From Macrostomum lignano (lineage: Eukaryota), in NCBI GenBank assembly GCA_002269645.1, contig NIVC01000809.1, forward strand, positions 1-57,781: a DNA stretch of 57,781 bases, written 5' to 3'. Below the pieces are notes generated by a model. That model did no database searches and had not been told where the DNA came from. It saw only the letters and a list, made by a program, of their open reading frames with translations. Position numbers and translations under genes: made by a program. Of the stretch, positions 25,042 through 37,188 are shown piece by piece (positions within the stretch are counted from its first letter, which is position 1; every line of letters starts with the position of its first letter).

Positions 25042-26171
25042 ATGAACCAACTCAGGCGAAGATGGGCTTGGCTATCCTATAGACTGATTGGCAGACGGGC
25101 TCTGCTAATTGCAGCTCTATTGGCAGTTCTGATCACAGTTTTTCTTCTGCTTTCTAATAATAGCGATACAAGAAGCAGAAGGCTCAAAAAGCTGAAAAGC
25201 ATGCAACTGCGAAGCCCCCATTGCCAACAAAGTCTTCATCGCCGTCGCCAACGTCAATCCCTGAAAGCAAGCTGAAAATACCAAAACGAATTCATCACTT
25301 CTTCGAAAATGCGGTTGACATTCCGGCGCCGCTGGCCCAAGCCGTTAACAGTTGGGCCAACAATCACAAAGACTACAACGCTTATTTTTGGGATTCTCGT
25401 TATTTGGAGTCGCGCCTGCTGCCAGATCTCCCACTGTTTAAAGAGAACAAGCCGTGCTTCCAGATTGAACGTCGCACTGTTTCCCGGCTGTTACTGCTGA
25501 TTAGCCAAGGCGGGTTGCTCGCCGATCCCGAGCTCATGTCTCTGCACAGCATTGACAGCTTCCTTAAGGGCTCGTATTGCGTGCTTGCGCAGGAACCGCC
25601 AGAGGCGGCGGTTTTGCTTTACGGAATCACAAATGGAAGCCTGCCAAGCCTGCGCTTTGCAGCCTGTCGGCCGGGCCATCCGTTCCTGCGCCTGCTGCTG
25701 AAGAACTTCTGCCGACGCGCTCTAGTACTGCACGGAGTCAACAGTTCCGAATCCAAGGCCCAACAAAAAGTGACAGCGTTGGCTTTGACTGCCGCCTTCG
25801 AGGCAGCCGTCGCTGCCTACGATGATACGTGCTCGCGTCGCGTGTGCGACCATCGAGATCGCATCGTGCTGGCCGATGCTAGTATCTTTCTACCTCTGTC
25901 GCCGAGTGGCGGTCTGCGCAGTCGTCTACTGACCGTCTGCCAAGATAATGCCGCTGCAGGCCGTGGATCGAAGTTCGAGCTGCGCGCGTGCAAACAATTG
26001 CGCAATCCGATGCGAGAGGACGGCACCCGGCTTGTCGCTGCATCGCTGGCGGTGCCCATGACGCTGTCGGATCGGGAGGCTGCGGCGGCTCGGCGAATCC
26101 GGTTGGACAGCATCGGCCCAAATGTCGGCCGGGCCGCTGTGCTGAACTGGTTGCTGCCGAACGCTCGCTAG
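25042..26171 (+). CDS. Intronless type II membrane glycosyltransferase-like protein, GT32 / DXD sugar-binding (OCH1/SUR1-like) family; one frameshift
   Basis: N-terminal TM anchor ALLIAALLAVLITVFLLLS; KIPKRIHHFF, SWANNHKDYNAYFWD, RLLLLISQGGLLADPE and CRPGHPFLRLLL match GT32 motifs. ORFs 25042.. and 25221.. join if one C is added to the C5 run near 25215, giving ~376 aa. Confidence 0.75.
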
Positions 26172-26619
26172 TCCTGCATGAAGTCTGTGTCTATAAGCCC
26201 TGCATCGTCTTGGCTCTCCGTTTCTTTAGGCCCTCCCTTGTCAAAACAGTTATGCAAGCCTAGGAAAGCTTCTAGAAAGACAAAGACCTTATTTTTTGCA
26301 GGAAATATGAACTGCTTATAGTAATCGCATTACGAGCGTAATACTCGTACAACCAATGTGACTTTTATTACGAGCCTCAAAGTACTTGAACTATTCGATG
26401 AGATTTGTCTCTATGACCCAACAAAAGCTTGTAAATAAATCTGCGAGCTTATGATACAGCAATACGCTCGCATGTAATTTAAATAGCAACTATTTTTTTT
26501 ACTAAACCATCGCCTTAGCAAATTTTCCAGCATTATTGGCTGGAGCTTGATTTAGAATTCGTTGTACATGCTCAAATTGTATATTGTTTATCTACTGGCT
26601 TGATGAAACCTCACTGAGC

Positions 26620-27020
26620 AGTTATGTGGGAAAATGCCTTTACAAACTGCAAACATAGTCGATAAGTCTGGCTTGAGGATTTAAGATCCAAACGAGTGAA
26701 TACATCAGGTCCCAAGTTGAAAGACATGGAGGCAGCATTAAAATGAAGAAAAAGAGTGATTCTTAAGCTGTTAGCAAGGAGTGCAGACAAATAGACCAAA
26801 TGAATGACAATGTCATCGTTTTCAGATTATGGAACTCTTCAATTCCTCAAGTGATTTGCATTGCTTTGCAAAAATCCATCCAAGTTAAGTCTCAGCTGTT
26901 GATTTTCCCACGCAATTTTACAATCTGTAGGTGTTTCAGTGGCGAAGATTTGGCTAGGCAGGGTTCTCAATGCGTACACGTTTCTTTGTTTGCTTTTTGT
27001 ACTTGTAGATGCTGCCTGCT
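26620..27020 (+). mobile_element. Possible pogo/Tigger-like transposase N-terminal relic
   Basis: Broken frames give GPKLKDMEAALK* and FSHAILQSVGVSVAKIWLGRV, weakly like CENP-B-type HTH segments; highly degenerate. Confidence 0.25.
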
Positions 27021-28649
27021 CCTTTAGGATTGAGCTAGAGTATCTAGATAGCAAAGTCTTTCTCGTGATCTGATTCCTCATGTGTACGTAGTCCTCATGA
27101 ATGATGACTTCCCACGTAAACGCCTTCATCGTAGTGCAGAACTTACCTTCCAGATCTAGTCTGCATCGGTTTTATAGTCGAGGTAGGCTATAATTTTGCT
27201 CAAATCCACGGAGCCATCGGCATTGTAGGTGATCGGACTGCCGGTCTCAATGAGCTGCTTAATTATCTGATACACCTAGATCCACGCCGAGCTCTTCAAC
27301 AATTAAATAATAAATTTTTAAAGAGTTTGATCGCCTTTCAGCGTCAGTCAGCTCTGGTTCTGGCAATTATGGTGCTTTCTGAAGGTCAGGCGATGAAGTC
27401 TTACATGAGCATCTGTTGTTCGTGATGGCCTGGATTGTGCAGAGTTTTTTCCTCAAGGGTCCAGGTTCTGCCTTCTGTCCTTTTTGCTACTCCTCATAGC
27501 AACACAGTCAGTGAGCGTAAGTTTCTGCTTGTGTAGCTTCAGTAGGCTGATAACGCTTCCGTGTCTGCTCGATCTCCTCATTCCCGGTGCTGGCCCTCCC
27601 CGCTGACCCGACTGGTCCTGTCGGCTGGCCCGCCTCAGTCGTCAGAGCTTCTTGGATGCCGCTGCGGAGGGCCTCGTGGATGGTGTGTGATCCATTGGTG
27701 ATTGCTTCCATTGGTAGCCAGCCTAATAGCCTAAGTAGTTCTCGCAGACCAGCGTTTTTGTGTCTTGATAGTCAGTTGGGTCTCAAGTGACCATAGCTAG
27801 CCAGGAAACAGAGCTAGAGAGCAAACCGACCCAACCTCAAGTGAGGCCTCACAGAGCGGACATAGGGCTAAAAACGAGCTAGAGAGGATCAGGGCGAGAT
27901 AAAAACTGCACGCACAAAGTACACACAGTGCTCAGTTAATGCTGCGTAACTCATACAATAGAACACACTAGTGTACACAATGCATCAGTGGTATGAATTG
28001 CATCAATTCACGTTACATGTTATGTCTCAGCTGCTGATTTTCTCACCAATTTTTTACTACCATTGTAGTCGTATATACGCATGTCTCAGTGGCGAGGAAT
28101 TGACTGGGCCGTGTTCTATACGTGCGGGTGTATTGTTTCTTTGTTTGCGTTTTTTCTGATTATGTGTCTTACAAACCTAAAAAGCAGAGTTTTCTCGTGT
28201 TCTGATTCCCCAAATCCTCGTATTCCTCGTAAATGATGCCCTACAAGTAAACCCACTGGTAAGCTTGCTGTCTACAGGCTAGAGGTACCGTATTAGTTTC
28301 ATTGAATTGAACCATCGCCTAGAGAAAATTTCTCGGCCAATCAAAGATGCAGTTTGAAGTTTGAAGCTGTAAAAAGCTTCCATAGCATAATTTTCTTTGC
28401 ACCAAGAATCGCTCTTTAATAAAACAAAGAAGGCTTAGCAGCAGCTCAACATGGAGATGACTGACGTAGAGGTGCCTCAATTCCTAAATCAGGAGCAGCA
28501 GAATTCATCATCAAGGTATTTATTTTTTGTTTAATAAACTTCTGTAGGTCAGGAAAGTAAATAAATCAAGAACTAGCACTATTCATGCTCGCGTCCAGAG
28601 AGGTTAATAAAATCTTTTCGAATGAAAAGGTGTCTGCTTACTCGCATTC

Positions 28650-29070
28650 AGTTATTAAACACACTGGGGAGGGCTTGCCTGGGCTGCCTTTCGTTCTTTG
28701 AGGACAGTCCTGCAGTCCGGGCCCTACCTGGCCGCCAGAGGGCGGCGCTGTTCCTGGCGGTGCTGCACAACGCTGAGACCAGGACGCTGACGGACTCGCT
28801 CGAGCAAAAAGTAGACGCGATCGACGCTCAATGGCCTGAGGCGCTCCACTTTCAAAATCGGCGACGAGCGAGTTTCCAACACGGTACTTTATCACTTAAT
28901 CCATCCAAAAACTGTTGCGCCGTTGGCGGCTCTCCAGCTGCTAGGCCACATCATCCGCGCCGAGGGACTGATGCAGTCGCCCCGTATTTTGTTGTTGTCG
29001 TTGGAGGGACTAAGAAAACTAAAGGCAGAGCAGCGGCCAAGAAGGTGCCGCACTGGAGCTAGCGAGTATA
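28650..29070 (+). mobile_element. RTE-like LINE 3' fragment (RT C-terminal region)
   Basis: FLAVLHNAETRTLTDSLEQKVDAID and RLQLLGHIIRAEG..PRILLL..RPRR in shifted frames match the LLYxAETWTL and RRLxxxGHIxR motifs. Confidence 0.7.
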
Positions 29071-29255
29071 CTTTAGGCAAAAGGAAAAAAATCATGTCCA
29101 ATTAAACCCTTTACTCCTAAGAGCAGCGCAGTAATAACACATTCGCAACTTATGAGTGCACTCAGATCGCATTAGCAAAGATTGAACCCCACAACAGGGC
29201 AACCGACTCAGCTGATGGATTGCAAACGAATCAGCAGCAACAGCGGCTGCCAGAA

Positions 29256-32200
29256 ATGCAAACGCAGCAGCAGCAGAGTTCGTACGAGGCAAGTCTGTTT
29301 GCATCGTTTGCCGAGCAAACCTCGGCCCACGGGTTGCCAGACTGGCGCGTGGACCAACGCTCCAGCGACTGATCTGGCTGTGCATCATCGTTGGCGCCAC
29401 CTGCGGATTCGGAGTTCACCTACACCAGCTGGTGGCCAAGTACACTGATGAGCCTGTGAGTACAGCCTTTACCTACCAGGACAACGCACCGTTTCCTTGG
29501 GTCACAATTTGCCCAACTGACTACATCGTCAGCGGCTCGACCTATTCGGACATGCTAAACGGAGCCCGTAAGTGTGAAATTCTGCCTTAACTGGCGCGAA
29601 ACGTAATTTATATTAGAGAATACGGTATACAATCTGTACATGCTTGAAAGTACATGATTTTCGAAAGATACTCAAAATACGAATAAATTCGGTTGCTGAC
29701 CTATTCGGCGACAAAAAATTCGGCGATAGAGATTCACCATGGACAAATTCGGCGATAGAGATTCACCATGGACAAATTCGGCGATAGAGATTCACCATGG
29801 ACAAATTCGGCGATAGAGATTCACCATGGACAAATTCGGCGATAGAGATTCACCATGGACAAATTCGGCGATAGAGATTCACCATGGACAAATTCGGCGA
29901 TAGAGATTCACCATGGACAAATTCGGCGATAGAGATTCACCATGGACAAATTCGGCGATAGAGATTCACCATGGACAAATTCGGCGATAGAGATTCACCA
30001 TGGACAAATTCGGCGATAGAGATTCACCATGGACAAATTCGGCGATAGAGATTCACCATGGACAAATTCGGCGATAGAGATTCACCATGGACAAATTCGG
30101 CGAAAGCAAAATCCCCGACAATAAAGAAACAAAATAACAACAATTAATCTTCTTAATTCTTCCTCTACAATGGCATTAGTAAATACTTATTAACTTTCCC
30201 TTTTTAACTGGGTTTGTTTTATCCTTTATTTATCTTGTGCTTGATCCAAATGAGCTTTCCAAGAAATGTTCGTTCATTTTCGAAGATGCGCGATGACCAA
30301 TTTATTTCGATTGGACGCATTCTTTTCTATCAAAGGTCACGAGCTTTAGTACAGAATCACTGCACTCCCTTCGCACTTCCTTCGCTTTAAGAATCCGGAC
30401 AGAAATGCAAAGCAAAATTTCGGGGACAATGGAACTTTTACGAGCATTTAAAGAAAACCTTTGCTTAAACTTTCGCTATATAGAAGACTTGTATTTGCCT
30501 AGATTGTCACCGAATTTGTCCGTGTTAAATTTGTCTCCGAAGCTGCCTGCATCCTGACGGCCAACGTCACTGCATGGCACGTCCGAGGACTGTGTACACC
30601 TGTCACCTGACACTGTGATGGCACGCATCCACAGCTCAAAGCTGTTGCCCAATTGCAGCTGGGTGAATCAACTTAATTAGTAGAAGCTCACTCTTACAAT
30701 AACGGCTTTGGTATAAGCTACAAAACTATAATTTTTTGAAGTGTACAACTTTTTTCTGATGTCTAAATTGTCATAGCAGTAGTTTTTCAGTAGATGTATT
30801 TTTCTTAATTTCGACTCCTACCTGCCATGAAACTTATCCAGCAGTTCGGATCCGCCTAGAAGACATGGTGGACAGCTTAAGCCGGCTGTATTATCGTCTG
30901 CTTGACGACACCAACTGGAACAGCTCTATGCCTGACAGGGTGGCTGGCCGATTCGAAGAAGCCAAGCTGACCCTGCGAGGTCAGTTCTACCGCTGGCCAG
31001 GGACCTATCTGGACACGCACGAAACTGTTGTCTATTGCGAGTTCAACTCGCAGCGCTGCAGCTTTCTTAACTTCTCCATCTACAAGGATGAGACTTAGTG
31101 AGTGCAAAGTTGATCGTAATGTTTTTTCCCATTCAAACAGCTGGATGTTTTAGTCACATAAACCGTATCTTAAGGTCAACTACCGACGCATACTACGTCA
31201 TAGCTACCTGAATGCTCAAAAGTAGCTCAAGTGTCATCTACATGCCATTCGTTACGGATCCCCGCCCCCTTCAGCTTTGCCTGCGTGGTATTCAAAGCTG
31301 GATCAGGGGCCGTCGCTTACTCCGGCGAGGATAACGGTCTGTTTCTGGTTCTCTACAGCAATGGCCTCTCGTTTTACGATGTGCGCGGCGAAATTTCGAA
31401 TCCATCCACTTTCAAAGTGGCTTTGCATGAAAGAGGTAAATAGATCGGATCTGGGTAAATTAAAATTGAAAAAAGTAGTCACATATTCTTTCCAATATGC
31501 ACTGGTAGATATGCTTTCAGTAAGGCACAGCAGATGTTCAGGTTCGAAATTAGTTCAGGATATTAAAACCGAAAGAGTTTTATTGTCAATGGAAGTCAAC
31601 GATGGTAATTGCGCTCGTAGTTGTTCGCAATGGGAGCGACAGATTCGAAAATTTTGAAGTAATCTAGAGTCGACGCAAAAGCTAGCAAAACTACTCAGAA
31701 ACTATTAAAATAAATTTTCATTGTCTTGTGTCTTAATAAGATGAAAATTATCACATCTGTAGTTCATTATACATTCAGTAAGATTTGCCGGCTTAACTAT
31801 AAGTAGACATAGGAAATGAATTATTACAGCTTTTCGGTTTGGACCTGTTCTGCACTCGGAGGTGAATCTTCAGGTAACACATTTATCTTGTCTGATCTCT
31901 AGTCTCAAAAAAATCTGAAGATCATGCGCCTCGGAGTGCGAAACGCGTCGAAACCTTGATGTTCATACTCAGTTTTTTATAGCTATTTCGTAACATATTA
32001 TATATTGTCATGACTGTTCACCGACACTGTGATCAATTTGCGCTGCAATCCAGGCACCAAACCAGATATGAGCGCAGCCCAGTCAGTTTCTCTTGCAACC
32101 AAGGCCCTGCTGCGATTCGATACCCGGATTGATGATCGAGTCGACCGGCGCCAGTCACACTGTTCCGAGCGCGAGTTCAACGTCACCTATACGCTGGACT

Positions 32201-34004
32201 ACTCCAGGCCTGGAGACATCCAGAATTCTAGCTTCATCGAAACTGAGAAAGATTGTTTGATTCGACTCAAGCAGCTAGAGTTTGTTCAAGAATGCGGCTG
32301 CCTTGGTGACCACCTAGCGTTACCAACCGATCTGATGCAGCGGTGGCCCGTCTGCCATGAGCTACCTGACAAGGTAGGCCACCCTAGCAAACAGCATATT
32401 TTACCTTTGGTGTCGAGATGCGAATTTAAAGAGAATGTCAACTTATACACCGGAACGGAGCCCGAATTGAAGCTCCGGACTAAACAAAATGGAGTTGAAA
32501 AATTTTCAGACTAAAAATTCTGGAATGCTCAAAGTAATATTTCTAGTCGCAGGGCTCCATTCCATCGTTTAAGGTTGACCAACCCCACTTTTTTCTGTCT
32601 CCAAGGTCCCACTGCGACAAATCAAACCCGTCACTGGCTCCAATGGTAAATTGCACTACGAGATCGCAGCGGACAACAATGGCACATCCGGTTACGGATA
32701 CATCCGCCTGGAACGGTACCTGGAAGCTCGGTGGCGCGAGTTTAATCGCTCAGCAAATCTCGCAGCCTGCTATGCGGCCGTCCGCACTCGCCAACTGCAG
32801 CGCGGTGCAGCCAGCCTTGGCCGAAGCAACTCCTGCAAGCATCGGTGCCGACGAATTCGCTTCGTAGCCAGCGTCGGTGGCTCTAATATCTGGCCGAGCC
32901 CGCACAAAGTGTCTCAGACTGACAGTGCGATGAGGCATCTGTTGAAGGAAAATCTAGCTCTAGCAAGGAAGCAGCGCCGTTCAGTGCGACGAATTGAGAA
33001 GATGAAAAAAATGATCCGAGAGGAGATCGATAGAAGCTACACCGTACTGAAAGTGTTCTCCGGCTCTGAGTACGCAACCAAAGCCAAGGAGGAGTACTCT
33101 TATACTCTCAAAGATGTGTTCTCCGACTTGGGAGGCATCCTAGGTTTGTAAAGCTGGGTTTTTTCGGAATTTAATCCTAGTTATTCGTAGCAAGGACGAC
33201 TAAAGTAGAAGGCAAGGGCCACTGTAGTATAACAGGACGTAAAAATCAATGATCGTGTAATTTTTAGGAGACCAACTCTTTTTTTGGAACTTTTGGGAAA
33301 AAATGCACTCGGTGATAAAAAAGAATCATTTTTATCATCACAGAAAGCAAAGTTTCACTCGTGAGTATTTACAACTTTAGCTTTGGCTAATGATATAAAA
33401 AAATACAATATGATAATGAAGTTTTCACTATACAGCTGTTTAAATTACAACAGAGTAACATGTTTTGCATCTTAAATTAAAGGAATGATAGTCTTCACTG
33501 CCCCAGATCAAATGCAATAATATTGCTTTTGTAATGAAAAACGATTCTTTTTATCTCCGCAGGGTATTTTTCCCGGAAATTGGCGTCGTAAAAACAACAC
33601 GATCTTTGATTTTTTATTTTACTACAGTGTTCCTTGGTAGAAGGTCGGGCAACTTATTAGTTTCTTAGAATCCATTTTGGCTGCTGATTTTGCGCTAATA
33701 ATGCCCTACGGATATAGGAAGTCTTCTTTGTAGGAAGATCGATGCATGTTTATACTAAAAATACTCGTATGAGCTTTCGATCTGCTTCTACGATACTTAA
33801 AAAGAGTCCTTGGTTTTTGTGTATAGCTAACGACACTTTATGCATTAAACCGCAGATAGCCGTCATCTACCCAATCTCTCAGGTCTGTGGGTCGGTGTCT
33901 CGGTCATCACCCTGATGGAAGTGGTGGAATTCAGCGCCCAGATGATCAGCTTCTGCTTGCTTCGGGTGGCCAATAACAAAATTGACATTGAAGCTGGCAC
34001 TTGA
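29256..34004 (+). CDS. DEG/ENaC channel subunit, copy A (FaNaC-like), ~569 aa, one frameshift in exon 1
   Basis: Exons 29256-29567 (FAEQTSAHG, TM1 RLIWLCIIVG, FPWVTICP), 30842-31097, 31275-31435, 32054-32373 (CLIRLKQ..ECGC), 32606-33143 (WPSP..YTLKDVFSDLGGILG), 33883-34004 (LWVGVSVITLMEVVEF). Phases match; one G is missing in CACGGGTTG near 29332. Confidence 0.92.
29690..30548. mobile_element. Non-autonomous element in intron 1 of channel A with a homogeneous 29-bp internal array (29719-30104)
   Basis: About 13 identical TTCGGCGATAGAGATTCACCATGGACAAA units; inverted related motifs (..TTGTCACCGAATTTGTCC..TTTGTCTCCGAA) at 30500-30548. Confidence 0.65.
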
Positions 34005-34204
34005 GCTTTGAAATGTTACGCAATCGGAATCATGTCACAAAATTCCCCTTGGCTTCGTTTTGGTGTATGTAAAATCATAAATAACTCAAAGATATAAACA
34101 AATCTGTGCATGGCAAAGCGCTACACAAATGTGTGATGCTTTTAATTATTTTGCAATCAAATGATAGCTCTTTGCATTCAAATGGAAATTTATTAATTAC
34201 TATC

Positions 34205-34457
34205 AATAATAATAATAATTGATTACACCTACCCTAATGGCCAGATGTGCAACCGACAGCTCAGCTGCAGCTATTGCGCGGCGCATCTGAAGGCTGTGTA
34301 GGGCTGTGTCAGTCCAAAGACTGGGGGTCGCCACACATCCTCAATTACCCCAGCTAAATGTTTTGCATAAAGACAGAAATTTTTCTGAGTGGGTCGAGAC
34401 TCGAACCCTCGACCTTACAGTCGTGGGTACGACGCTCTAACCACAGGCTTCAACCCC
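34205..34457 (-). mobile_element. tRNA-derived SINE
   Basis: The minus strand head 34457-34386, GGGGTTGAAGCCTGTGGTTAGAGCG..GGTTCGAGTCTCGACCC, has A/B boxes, acceptor and T stems but only a 4-6-nt anticodon loop. A ~170-nt body follows, ending in an (ATT)n tail at 34205-34219. Confidence 0.75.
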
Positions 34458-34618
34458 TTAGCGGGCTACAACCCTTAGCAGGCTACAACCCCTTAGCGGG
34501 CTACAACCCCTTAGCAAGCTACAACCCCTTAGCGGGCTACAACCCCTTAGCAGGCTACAACCCCTTAGCAGGCTACAACCCCTTAGCGGGCTACAACCCC
34601 TTAGCAGGCTACAACCCG
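34447..34618. repeat. 18-bp tandem array made of the SINE 5' end
   Basis: (G/A)GGCTACAACCCCTTAGC about 10 times; reverse complement GCTAAGGGGTTGTAGCC equals the first bases of the tRNA-like head. Confidence 0.9.
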
Positions 34619-34676
34619 TTGTACACACCGCCTATCGCTACTACGGATTGAATGGTTTAGCAAGGTCCTCGGATTG
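34619..34676 (+). pseudogene. Isolated 58-nt 18S rRNA fragment (start of helix 44 region)
   Basis: TTGTACACACCGCCTATCGCTACTACGGATTGAATGGTTTAGCAAGGTCCTCGGATTG versus the conserved eukaryotic TTGTACACACCGCCCGTCGCTACTACCGATTGAATGGTTTAGTGAGGTCCTCGGATTG (about 5 mismatches, compared from memory); flanks are not rRNA. Confidence 0.85.
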
Positions 34677-35142
34677 TCTACCAATAACCGACTTCAAAGC
34701 TTTTCACTTAGCACTTACCGGAACCTGAATAATCTCAGGCGGAAGACTCGTAGTTTGAGTTCCGGATGGACCCTGATGTACTACAGAATCCCCAATGCAT
34801 GGACAGTGAAAAACTGTTTTTTATAATTTGACTCTTTAAATCAGGCCAATTCGTTAACGGCTAACTTTCTAGCCTGACTGCACACTGATCTTACAATAAA
34901 AGAATTTATAACAAATTTCAAACACTTATCAAAGCCCAATTTTTCATTATGATTGATGTCTTCAAGAAAAACGTTCCATAAAAATTGATGCACCCTTTAA
35001 AACTGAGGAATCACATCACAGTTTTTTTTTATTTTGATCGTCGCACCGGAGTCGCGTACATTTTTTTCTTTACTATGTTTCGTTTCAGATATGCATCCCG
35101 CCTATAATTCATCGATGCCAACCATATCATCTGGACTGTACC

Positions 35143-35255
35143 ATGTCAGGTGAAGAAGCTGCGGAGCGCAACGAAAACCGGACCAGTTTACTCGTGGCGT
35201 TCGTTGAAGCTAAAGTCGGCTCACGGAGTCGTTCGACTGGCCCAGTTGAAACGGC
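35143..35255 (+). pseudogene. DEG/ENaC exon-1 relic 1 (N-terminal ~37 codons only)
   Basis: MSGEEAAERNENRTSLLVAF, then after a frameshift SAHGVVRLA, close to the copy B N-terminus; similarity stops before TM1. Confidence 0.8.
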
Positions 35256-35507
35256 ACGAGGATTGCGAAGCGCCTGTCTCGATCAGTCAGGGTGGGCAGT
35301 GGTGCCAGTGGAAATTAGGCCACTACAGCCAACATTTGTCTAAGAATATCAATCAAGTTTCGCTGCTTTACCTCATTTCTAAGTGCATTTTTCCGAGACA
35401 TTAACGAGCATTCCTCTTAGATTCGTAAAATCTTCTCTGTCTCTTTGTGTGACTATTAAATGAAAATTTATTATGCACTGCATACGCAAGCTTCATCTGG
35501 TCTAGTG

Positions 35508-36793
<1,286 letters not shown>

Positions 36794-37188
36794 ATGCACT
36801 CTGCATCAAATCAAAAAGATAGTTTGATTCTTATATTCAACTGCAGGATTGTTTTCTCTTTGAAATTACGCTCTCAACTACAAAGGGTGCAGTCAATTCA
36901 TTTTCCCGTGAAATGCTCAGCAGCAATGCAGCGTCGGCACGTGTTTACTGTCTCTATTGCCTTGAATAGGATAAAAGTTTCCAACATAAACAGACTTCGT
37001 CAGCCTTGGCAACTGACAAGGCCCCAAAGGCATAGAAACTTTGTGAATCGGGATATCTAGCTTAGCTACTATGTAATAAAATATTCAAAGTATCGCCTTG
37101 TTTACTTAAGTATTTATCTTTCGTTGCAGGCGGGAGCTTCTCCTGGTTCAACGGAAATTCCAATACTTCCCTCATCTCAATAGCTAAC

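Noticed and set aside
29719-30104. CRISPR-like array of 29-bp direct repeats
   Set aside because: Units are contiguous with no spacers, there are no cas genes, and it lies in a eukaryotic intron.
34386-34457. Functional tRNA gene
   Set aside because: Anticodon loop is only 4-6 nt, the D-stem is weak, and it continues into a SINE body and tail.
34619-34676. Functional rRNA gene
   Set aside because: Only 58 nt, with substitutions in a universally conserved stretch and non-rRNA flanks.
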